From an uncultured Pseudomonadales bacterium (GTDB lineage Bacteria; Patescibacteriota; Microgenomatia; UBA1400; UBA1449): a stretch of DNA of 64,000 nt. Below, in pieces: positions 28,865 through 36,357 of the stretch. The position numbers and the translations under genes are program-made. Within the stretch, counting starts at the first letter, position 1. Each line of letters starts with the position of its first letter. The notes under the pieces were generated by a model. It saw nothing but the letters and a program-made list of their open reading frames with translations, did not search any database and was not told where the DNA came from. The stretch lies in assembly GCA_964386355.1 (NCBI GenBank), contig CAYLQQ010000003.1, positions 69,880-133,879 of the forward strand. The letters run 5' to 3'.

Positions 28865-28953
28865 CGGAAGGGGCGAGATTCGAACTCGCGATATACCTTG
28901 CGGCATATGCCGATTTTCGAAATCGGTGCACTCGACCTCTATGCGACCCTTCC
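28865..28953 (-). tRNA. trnS: tRNA-Ser(CGA)
   Basis: GGAAGGG acceptor, CCGAT-TT-CGA-AA-ATCGG anticodon arm, long variable arm, GTTCGAATC. Confidence 0.94.
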
Positions 28954-29016
28954 AGATATTCAATTTTCCGAACTTTTCTATCAAACAATCGGATTTGACC
29001 ACGGTGCGACCCTTCC
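28942..29016 (-). repeat. Collapsed tRNA-5'-end unit upstream of tRNA-Ser(CGA); 28942-29002 is 60/61 identical to 25205-25265
   Basis: GGAAGGGTCGCA-CCG-TGGTCAAATC followed by the same spacer as at the Ser(TGA) locus. Confidence 0.88.
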
Positions 29017-29162
29017 AGTATTCATGTATGTTTTTTTCTTTATTAACGCCAATTTTTACATGCCCTTGTTTTTGTTCCTCGCACTGCTTTTCAATCTGGT
29101 GTGACCATTCAATAACACTGGTATTATCTCACACAATCTTAAAAAGGGAGAATTTATGCAGA

Positions 29163-29462
29163 CTATGAGTTGTTACTTATAGACTTTTCGCCATACAGGA
29201 GGCGTGTTTTCATATCCATGTACTCTTTTAAGCCAACAATAGCAATGATTAGACTACTGATCGACAAACTTATGCCAATTACAAGCGAAAAAGTATCAGT
29301 AGAAAATAGTTTTATTACACTGACTCCGGAACCCATCAACATAAGAGATGTACGCACATAAGCTAGGAACGTACGCTTATTTGCCATCCGGGTTCTGTCG
29401 ATAGCTAAGTAATCTCTTAAGATTAGATTGTCTTGGGTGTTTTCACTTTCTGAGTTAGACAT
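29163..29462 (-). CDS. DUF202/YidH family membrane protein
   Basis: RDYLAIDRTRMANKRTFLAYVRTSL. Confidence 0.88.
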   Translation of the reverse strand: MSNSESENTQDNLILRDYLAIDRTRMANKRTFLAYVRTSLMLMGSGVSVIKLFSTDTFSLVIGISLSISSLIIAIVGLKEYMDMKTRLLYGEKSISNNS

Positions 29463-29568
29463 ACTAGGGTGATTGTAAAGGCATAGACACGGCCATTTCA
29501 ATCCTAAATCTCTTGTCTCATGATATATAATATGTGGAACTGTAATCATATATTATTAGATTAGCAAT

Positions 29569-29640
29569 GCTCTCATAGTTCAATGGATAGAATGTGGGTT
29601 TCCGGAACCTAAGATGCTGGTTCGATTCCAGCTGGGAGCA
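29569..29640 (+). tRNA. trnR: tRNA-Arg(CCG)
   Basis: GCTCTCA/TGGGAGC acceptor, TGGGT-TT-CCG-GA-ACCTA anticodon arm, GTTCGATTC. Confidence 0.94.
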
Positions 29641-29671
29641 CTTTTGTAAAATAATATATAATTAAGTACCT

Positions 29672-30397
29672 ATGGACATTTTTGCAGTTTCGCAGTTCAA
29701 GTTTCCCTACCTTGACCTCAAATTTCCCGGCCAACACAGTGAAGAGCGAATTCTGTTTGTGACACGGGAAGGTTTGATTGTGCTTCGGGCTAAACTCGTT
29801 GCAGCTTTCACTGTACTTACTCTTGCTATGATTCTTGGTATTACTATTCTCTCAAGCTTCTCAATACTCGATTTTACATTTTCAGTTCTTATTCTGCCGT
29901 TTGTGGTTGTGTGGGGATTATTTTTTGTTTTTATTCCCTGGTGGATATATACCGTCTGGCGTAAGACCTTATTTATTGTCACTACGCGTCGTTTGACAAA
30001 ATTTATTCACACAACCCCCTGGTCCAGATATCAAATGTCATTAGGTCTTGATGCTATTTCCGATACAGGTGCCTATCAGAAGGGCTTTTTCCAGATACTG
30101 TTTGGCTTGGGCTATTTTGTAGCCCGTTCTCCCGCTGGGGCTGTTAAAAATTTTAAAATCATCAATATTGGATTTGCAGAGGACCTGCACAATTACGTCA
30201 ACAAATTACTATTTGTTTTTAACGAAAAAAAGCAAGATATTGACAGGTTTCGTCCATTTATTCCCAGCATGAAAGGTGAAATGCGAGATGAGTATGTCCG
30301 CAAAGTCGCTCCCCAGTATAGTAAGCCCAAACGGGTATTACCTCAGGCAGAAGGAGAGTATCTACCGGGTGATCAAACTAAACAACTTCCTCAATAA
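29672..30397 (+). CDS. Membrane protein with a PH-like domain
   Basis: FPGQHSEERILFVTR, two TMs, FIVTTRRL. Confidence 0.65.
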   Translation: MDIFAVSQFKFPYLDLKFPGQHSEERILFVTREGLIVLRAKLVAAFTVLTLAMILGITILSSFSILDFTFSVLILPFVVVWGLFFVFIPWWIYTVWRKTLFIVTTRRLTKFIHTTPWSRYQMSLGLDAISDTGAYQKGFFQILFGLGYFVARSPAGAVKNFKIINIGFAEDLHNYVNKLLFVFNEKKQDIDRFRPFIPSMKGEMRDEYVRKVAPQYSKPKRVLPQAEGEYLPGDQTKQLPQ

Positions 30398-30398
30398 T

Positions 30399-30923
30399 AT
30401 GGACACAAGGGAAGAATTTTCTGCTGGTGGTGTAGTATACGCGTACCAACAACCAACAACCAACAACCAACAACCTATTTTTCTTCTGGGTAAACATTCT
30501 GGGTATCATAAGTGGGTTTTACCGAAAGGGTTAATCGAGCAAGGTGAAAAACCAGAAGAAACAGCTGTGCGGGAAACGGAAGAGGAGATGGGGGTGGTAG
30601 CAAAACTGGCAAAACCTGATCCTATACATATAGAAAGATACTCCTACACTGCTGACTATAAAATACCCCTGGATATTTCACTGCAGACATCACAAAGCTC
30701 ACGGAGAGTAAAGAACTATCAGGAAACTGGTGGAAGTGGAGTGTTAGTCAATAAAACAGTTACGTTATATCTTATGGAGTGGGTGAGCGGTGATCCCCAA
30801 AAAGATCATGGTTGGGAAATGGAAGAAGCAGGATGGTTTGACTACAAAACCAGTCTTGAGATGATGGGGTTTGAGGGGGAGAAGAAAGCACTAGAGAAAG
30901 CAATGGAAATTCTTTTAAAATAA
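30399..30923 (+). CDS. NUDIX hydrolase
   Basis: SAGGVV, WVLPKG, Nudix box GEKPEETAVRETEEEMG; contains (ACCAACA)x4 at 30445-30472. Confidence 0.9.
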   Translation: MDTREEFSAGGVVYAYQQPTTNNQQPIFLLGKHSGYHKWVLPKGLIEQGEKPEETAVRETEEEMGVVAKLAKPDPIHIERYSYTADYKIPLDISLQTSQSSRRVKNYQETGGSGVLVNKTVTLYLMEWVSGDPQKDHGWEMEEAGWFDYKTSLEMMGFEGEKKALEKAMEILLK

Positions 30924-31028
30924 AGACTTACCCTTTTTGGTGATAGACGATAAAATACCACCTGAAGCATAAAAGTAAATTGAGCTTTATTTCCCAGACT
31001 ACATGCTTCATAATTCGGTATCTTAATA

Positions 31029-31149
31029 GGAGGAGTCGCCCCGCGCCAAATCATATTTCAATATGATATGGCCGTCCCGCGAAGTGAAACGAAGCGGGAT
31101 AGTGGTCAAATATGTTTGTTTGATAGTTGAGTAAGTAAAATAAAAACCT
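31029..31149 (+). repeat. tRNA-5'-end unit (121 bp) with a two-hairpin insert upstream of tRNA-Ser(GGA)
   Basis: GGAGGAGTCGCC (31029-31040) + CCGC-GCCAAATCATATTTCAATATGATATGGC-CG-TCCCGCGAAGTGAAACGAAGCGGGA + TAGTGGTCAAAT. Confidence 0.85.
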
Positions 31150-31237
31150 GGAGGAGTCGCCTAGTGGTTCATGGCGCACGCCTGGAAAGCGTGTATGCTT
31201 CGTGCATTCGCGAGTTCGAATCTCGCCTCCTCCGCCA
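31150..31237 (+). tRNA. trnS: tRNA-Ser(GGA), CCA encoded; integration target
   Basis: GGAGGAG/CTCCTCC acceptor, CACGC-CT-GGA-AA-GCGTG anticodon arm, long variable arm. Confidence 0.96.
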
Positions 31238-32707
31238 TTCTAAAATATCAGTATTTTTTGGTAAGTCTTTGAGGTAGTCGTAAGGCTTTTTGTATTGTAC
31301 CTTCTGTATTTTCCCATCAGCTATCTCACAGTTCCAAAGTAAGAAATCAAGCAGTTCTTTCTTAACCTGTTTGTTTCCCTTTTTAAACTCAGAATGCAGG
31401 CTAATACAACGTTTTTTAATCTTTTCCAAAAGTTCCAAAGTTTTAGTGGGGTTGGGTGGTGTGTACTTGCTCAGAGCAATCTCGAGGTTGGTTTTCTCCT
31501 CCATTAAGGCTTTCCGTTTCTCCTGGTAGGTCTGTTCATCGAGGCTGTTCTCTAGAAGTAGGTCGAGTAGCCGGTTCAGCTTCTTCTGAATACCGGAGAG
31601 CTCCTGCTGCATCAGCTTGGCTCCATTGAGCTTGTCCTGTTCCCGAACCATTCTATCCTCCATATAGAGCTTGAGTGATAGCGAGGCTAAGTCACCTGGT
31701 AAGGAGGACTGCTTCATCAGACTTTGCAGCAAATCCTGTACCCCCGGCTCATCAAGGTAATCCCGATGCTGGGAACACACCCCTTTTCCGTTAGTGCAGT
31801 AGTAATACACATAGCGCCCTTTTTTAAGGCTAGCGGTTAGCTTGCATCCACACACAGCACATGATAGATACCCACGGTAGAGGAAGTTGTGAGTTTGTTT
31901 CTTGCTTCGGTTAGTCCCATTTAAAACAGTTTGAACTCTATCCCAAAGAGTTTTACTGACTGCTGGTTTGTGTTTACCTTTGTAAAGGATATCGTTTCTT
32001 AGAATTGCTCCATAATAGAATGGGTTTCTCAGACACTTGTGTAAAACCGACTTATGGACTTTTTTATTGCCTAATCTGGTACGTAATCCATCTTTGTACA
32101 GGATAGAAGCAACCTGTTTAAGAGAGTATTCACCTGTTGAGAATAATCTAAACAGCTTTTGAATGTACGTAAATCGCAGAGGATCAGGCACGATCTCTTT
32201 AGTTTCTTTATCGTTTAGGTAACCGATGTATGCCATACCCGGATAGCCGCCTTTTAGAAGTTTGGTTTCATTCCCATGCTTAACCTTGACTGAAAGTTCC
32301 CGGGAATAGTTTGAGGCAAACAGGAAATCAAATCCCATATAGAGTAAATCTTGAACTGATGAATAGATACGGTTAGGAGTTCTGATCTCTTTAAGTTTCC
32401 CTTGTTCGATGAGCTTGGCTATCTTTCCGGCCTCAATCCAGTTTCGACTTAACCTATCCAGGTGAACAGCCAGAATAGCATTGACCTCGCCTGATTCAAT
32501 ACGCTTAAGCATAGATGAGAATTGTGGGCGGTTGTTGTCATCTTTGGCACTGCGAGCTTCCTTAAGGACATCAATCACATTGAGGCCATCTCTGTCAGCT
32601 TGCTCAAGGTTAAGACGTTGCTGGGTTTCCAGTGATTGGATTTGCTTGGTATTTTCATCAGAGGACTTACGACAATAAGCTATATAGCGAAGAGAAGAAT
32701 TATTCAT
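31169..32707 (-). CDS. Large serine recombinase (integrase)
   Basis: YCRKSSD catalytic motif, SAK..RPQF, DRLSRN, recombinase domain (LRNPFYYG, GKHKPAVSKTLWDRVQ), zinc ribbon CAVCG...YYYC, coiled coil. The 3' end runs antisense into the tRNA. Confidence 0.95.
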   Translation of the reverse strand: MNNSSLRYIAYCRKSSDENTKQIQSLETQQRLNLEQADRDGLNVIDVLKEARSAKDDNNRPQFSSMLKRIESGEVNAILAVHLDRLSRNWIEAGKIAKLIEQGKLKEIRTPNRIYSSVQDLLYMGFDFLFASNYSRELSVKVKHGNETKLLKGGYPGMAYIGYLNDKETKEIVPDPLRFTYIQKLFRLFSTGEYSLKQVASILYKDGLRTRLGNKKVHKSVLHKCLRNPFYYGAILRNDILYKGKHKPAVSKTLWDRVQTVLNGTNRSKKQTHNFLYRGYLSCAVCGCKLTASLKKGRYVYYYCTNGKGVCSQHRDYLDEPGVQDLLQSLMKQSSLPGDLASLSLKLYMEDRMVREQDKLNGAKLMQQELSGIQKKLNRLLDLLLENSLDEQTYQEKRKALMEEKTNLEIALSKYTPPNPTKTLELLEKIKKRCISLHSEFKKGNKQVKKELLDFLLWNCEIADGKIQKVQYKKPYDYLKDLPKNTDILEWRRRRDSNSRMHEAYTLSRRAP

Positions 32708-33641
32708 CATGAGCATCACTCTTTCCGGCAGGCGGATTGTGGTAGCCATTATACTCAAAAAAATATACTTGACCATTCCTCTTACTTACAAACTTGCTAT
32801 TAAACGTAGATTCAATACCATGAGCACCCAACTCATCAAGAATATACTCAGCCTCATCAGAATAATATATTTTAGGTCTATCCAGATTACGGGAAGTAGC
32901 ATAACTACGATGTCCAACAAGTCTTTTGTCTAGAGCATTTTTAATCATGTACTTAGCCAAGTATTGTCCAACATGATCCAAGGTATACACTCGTTCAATT
33001 TTAATAAATCCGAATCCCCAGTATTGCGCAATGGTTTCTTTATCGAGAAAGGGAAAGTCTACCACAAGGTGATAGTGAACTGCTCCTCGTTTTTGAAACT
33101 CAACTACCCAGACATACTTAAACTTCCCATACTGTTTACGCATAGCTTTTAGGAAAGCTCCCATCTTGTCATGACAGACCTCAACATTGGTAATATCAAA
33201 ACTGTTGTGATCATTTAGAGTAAGCGTGAGAAACTTGGTGTGTGGATTGTCTCCAAAATTACCCTGCACAAGGCGTATTAGGTTGTTTGTAGCTCTGACT
33301 GCTGTACGTTTTCGGTACTCTTTACTCCTCTTTGTTTTTCGCTTAAATGGATCTTCAAAGGGTTTTCGCTTCTTAATCTCTTTAATTCGTATCGTTAAGG
33401 GAAACTCATATCGATAGTATTGGATTAAATTATTAATCTTAATTATTTTAATATTTGTCTGTTTGTAGGTGGGAGAGGTATCAAATTTTTCCTGTGCTTT
33501 ATATATGAGTTTTAGTGCTTCATTCCGTTTTGTGACGTTACTATCAAGTAGAGAAGGTGGGAACTGCCTGGGAGCAGTGGTATCCCGACTACCGTCGGGA
33601 TACAAGTGGCGCTCTAATAGTTTTTCTTTAGCCTTATTCAT
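32700..33641 (-). CDS. Rolling-circle replication initiator (HUH endonuclease, two-tyrosine type)
   Basis: Motif I FLTLTL, motif II EFQKRGAVHYHLV, motif III YLAKY; GGAGG RBS. Confidence 0.88.
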   Translation of the reverse strand: MNKAKEKLLERHLYPDGSRDTTAPRQFPPSLLDSNVTKRNEALKLIYKAQEKFDTSPTYKQTNIKIIKINNLIQYYRYEFPLTIRIKEIKKRKPFEDPFKRKTKRSKEYRKRTAVRATNNLIRLVQGNFGDNPHTKFLTLTLNDHNSFDITNVEVCHDKMGAFLKAMRKQYGKFKYVWVVEFQKRGAVHYHLVVDFPFLDKETIAQYWGFGFIKIERVYTLDHVGQYLAKYMIKNALDKRLVGHRSYATSRNLDRPKIYYSDEAEYILDELGAHGIESTFNSKFVSKRNGQVYFFEYNGYHNPPAGKSDAHDE

Positions 33642-33810
33642 ACACCTCCGTTTCCGGTGTATGGTTTAGGTACAAGGCTTTGCCTAAGTGAATGAGGGAT
33701 AACCTAATCTCAAGAAGATCATCGGAAGGTATAGTGATACCGAACGTATTTTGGAAGTATTCCTGTATTTGCTGGTACTGGGTTTCTTCAAGGGACTTGA
33801 CTTGCTTCAT
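33634..33810 (-). CDS. 58-aa hypothetical protein translationally coupled to Rep (not in the ORF track)
   Basis: MKQVKSLEETQYQQIQEYFQNTFGITIPSDDLLEIRLSLIHLGKALYLNHTPETEVYE*. It has an ATGAATAA start/stop overlap with rep, the same overlap as at rep/integrase. Confidence 0.7.
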   Translation of the reverse strand: MKQVKSLEETQYQQIQEYFQNTFGITIPSDDLLEIRLSLIHLGKALYLNHTPETEVYE

Positions 33811-33887
33811 ATAGCCAGACTAGGCTACGAAGCACAATTACATCAGGGATAAAGCGGGGGATATTTTACGGGGTATATTGTGGGAGA

Positions 33888-34858
33888 TTATGAAATATCA
33901 ATCAATTTATACCCCTCGGAACGGATGGCTACTATACTGTCCATGACCTTAGTTACATCATCTTTTCCAACGCCTGATTCCTTTAACCTTCTGCCAAACC
34001 TCTTTTTAATATCACGAATCAGATCTTGTGCTTGGCTTACATCTAAACCCTTTGTGGATACATTTAAGTTAAGGTAGCTAACAAAATCAATGTAGTTGAT
34101 TACTTTGCCTTTATGTTGAAACAAGTGCATAAAAAATCTAAATTCTCGATTATTAACGTTGATAGTTTTTGATTGGTTGCCTGTATACTGAAATGTAGCT
34201 CTGGTTAAATTGATGGTGATTGGGCCGTGAACATACAATAAATCATCCACACCTCTTATATTAGGTTTTACCAAATGTAATGTGTTATCTTTTTGAGCAG
34301 TTAACTCAGCTAGATCTCTGTCAATTTCCCTAAACGTATGTTCTAGATCATAGGGAAGCGGATAGATATGAGGAATAGTAGAAGCCAAATACTGTAAGTC
34401 CTCTTCAAACGTCTGCTTTGTGGAGTTCCAGTCTTTGATGTGTTCATCAGCTTTGTTAAATAACGAGGGGAAGCTTTTTAATCCCATGATTGGTAATTGA
34501 CGAAACTCAGGACGAATATCAATCACGGTAAATGGCTGTATTATCTGCTGGTATAGATCATCTAATAAATGAGAGGGAAAAATATACTGGTGAGATTGTT
34601 CTGAATATTCACTGTACACACAATCCAAAATCTCGAAAGCCTTTTGATAGAGGACATAATGGTAATACCTGACAGCTTTAAGGTAAAAGGTTTTAGTAGC
34701 TGGGGTTTTGCAATGACGGGGGTATACTCAAGCGGTAATTCATCCCATTCTGAGCTGTTCTTATCAAAGAGACTTAGAAATGTTTCAATAGCTGGAGCAA
34801 AGAAGTTGAGAACCTTATCTTGAAATAATGTTTTAATGTCATCAGTTAGCTTATTCAT
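33888..34858 (-). pseudogene. OmpR/PhoB-type winged-helix regulator split over two overlapping frames (frameshifted)
   Basis: Frame A from ATG 34858 overlaps frame B, which is open from 34727 to 33888 and ends in REFRFFMHLFQHKGKVINY...IRDIKKRF...IVAIRSEGYKL. Confidence 0.6.
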
Positions 34859-34900
34859 AAAAAATGTTCGTAATATTGACCAGTAGTATATCACCTCATA

Positions 34901-34926
34901 AAAAGCCTCCGGTTTAGGAGGCTTTT
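34901..34926. terminator. Bidirectional Rho-independent terminator
   Basis: AAAAGCCTCC-GGTTTA-GGAGGCTTTT. Confidence 0.8.
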
Positions 34927-34947
34927 ATATTAATCTTTTAAAAAATA

Positions 34948-35616
34948 TTATATTTCTGAACCAATATCTTTATACTCATTAACCGGAGTTGGGACCGGAC
35001 TACTATCTGGTTTTTCTGCAGTACTAGCTCTATGTTCATTAAAGGCTTTATCAATAACAACGCAAGCATCTTTATACGGTAAAGAGGCATAAGAATATTC
35101 AGGTTTAAATCCAATACCTTGACCATAATTACCCACTCTTACTTCGTAAGTAATTCCACCGGGCAAAGAAATATCTACCTGAGGTTCTCTTCCTATACTA
35201 TTACTATTTGGACGGTAGTACTCTGCATCAGCCTGTTGTTTTGCTGCCTGAGCCTTTAATTGAAAGTTGTCTTCACCCCCAACTAACGCATATATTTGTT
35301 CTTTTGTCAAAGAATTCACTCCAAAAGTATATTTCATTTTATTAGGATCGCGCGGGATATGAGCTCTATTATCTCTCTTTTCAAAATCCTCCCACTTACT
35401 CTCATCATCAAAAACTGCGCCTACAGCACAAGGTTGCAGACTTAAAGCATAGTCAGCACCACTTCCTGATTGAATGGCATTTTCTAATGCAGAACCAGAC
35501 CAATTTGTTAATAGTTCCTTCCACATTGCAGTCATATTATTAATGAGCCGATCTGCAGTCTCTTTTTTTGTTTCCTCAATAGTCCCTAACTGTTCTGTCG
35601 TTGTAGTTTCAGTCAT
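34948..35616 (-). CDS. Hypothetical cargo protein of the integrated element
   Basis: 222-aa ORF with an AAGGAG RBS and its own terminator; no motif recognised. Confidence 0.7.
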   Translation of the reverse strand: MTETTTTEQLGTIEETKKETADRLINNMTAMWKELLTNWSGSALENAIQSGSGADYALSLQPCAVGAVFDDESKWEDFEKRDNRAHIPRDPNKMKYTFGVNSLTKEQIYALVGGEDNFQLKAQAAKQQADAEYYRPNSNSIGREPQVDISLPGGITYEVRVGNYGQGIGFKPEYSYASLPYKDACVVIDKAFNEHRASTAEKPDSSPVPTPVNEYKDIGSEI

Positions 35617-35881
35617 ATTTCTCCTTAATATTATTAATATTTATTGAGGTAATATTAACATCGCTAGATCTTTTAAATCAAGGTCTAGAAAATAATTTAA
35701 AATTACTTTTTTCCTCTATAAAAGTTCCAACATCGTCCCATCTCCTCCGCCAGGCGAGACAGAATAGTCTTTATGATTACTCTAGTAATCAATTTAAACA
35801 CTCTGTCTTTGTCAGGGGATTTGTTACAATCATTGGGTACAAAGTTAGAATGTATTGAATTAATAGTAAATAACTAGAGTT

Positions 35882-36352
35882 CTAACAATCACCCCTACCT
35901 ATAAGCACTAATGCTTGATCGATTTCCTGTGCTGCAATCCAAGGTTTGAAATTCTTCGGAATATGAAGAAAGGTGTATCGGGATTTAAGTTGTTTTTGGT
36001 TAATAAGCTTCATAATTTCCCAACTGGTTTGATTACAATAAGAATTACCAATTGCTGTGGCATACTTCATACCAAGAGTTGGTTGCAAAAATGGCTGTAT
36101 TTCTGTGGTTATTAAGTGGTCACTTTCTATCAAATTATTCCTAAACTGATTAGTGCATATTGTTTCAATGCGAATTTTTTCCTGATCAACACCAGAATAT
36201 GAACCTAACCCTACAATATATTCCGGCTGGTCATGCAATAGCATATTTAGATAATGATCAAGGTTATTAGGGAAAACCAGATAACAGCAACTCAGTTGCT
36301 TAAGTCTATATAAAATATGGCCAGTACCACCTAAAGCAAATCCATAAATCAT
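35882..36352 (-). CDS. Pyroglutamyl-peptidase I (C15)-like protein
   Basis: QPEYIVGLG, IRIE (Glu), IGNSYCN (Cys), FLHIP (His) match the order of the C15 catalytic triad. Confidence 0.65.
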   Translation of the reverse strand: MIYGFALGGTGHILYRLKQLSCCYLVFPNNLDHYLNMLLHDQPEYIVGLGSYSGVDQEKIRIETICTNQFRNNLIESDHLITTEIQPFLQPTLGMKYATAIGNSYCNQTSWEIMKLINQKQLKSRYTFLHIPKNFKPWIAAQEIDQALVLIGRGDC

Positions 36353-36357
36353 AAAGT

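Larger units (their letters stand above)
31227..35752 (-). mobile_element. ~4.5 kb integrative rolling-circle element (large serine recombinase + HUH Rep) in the tRNA-Ser(GGA) 3' end
   Basis: 11-bp direct repeat CTCCTCCGCCA at 31227-31237 and 35742-35752 brackets the integrase, Rep, small ORF, wHTH gene and one cargo gene. Confidence 0.88.

Noticed and set aside
28709-29168. ORFs 28724-29104, 28821-29168 and the long N-terminus of 28124-29002
   Set aside because: They overlap tRNA-Ser(CGA) and its flanking repeats and are shadow translations.
31041-31107. Hammerhead or other small ribozyme in the three-way-junction units
   Set aside because: I could not place the CUGANGA/GAAA core consistently in the units; a covariance search would be needed to exclude other classes.
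31227-35752. Inovirus or microvirus prophage
   Set aside because: No Zot-like ATPase, small TM coat proteins or capsid protein are recognisable; kept as an integrative replicon.
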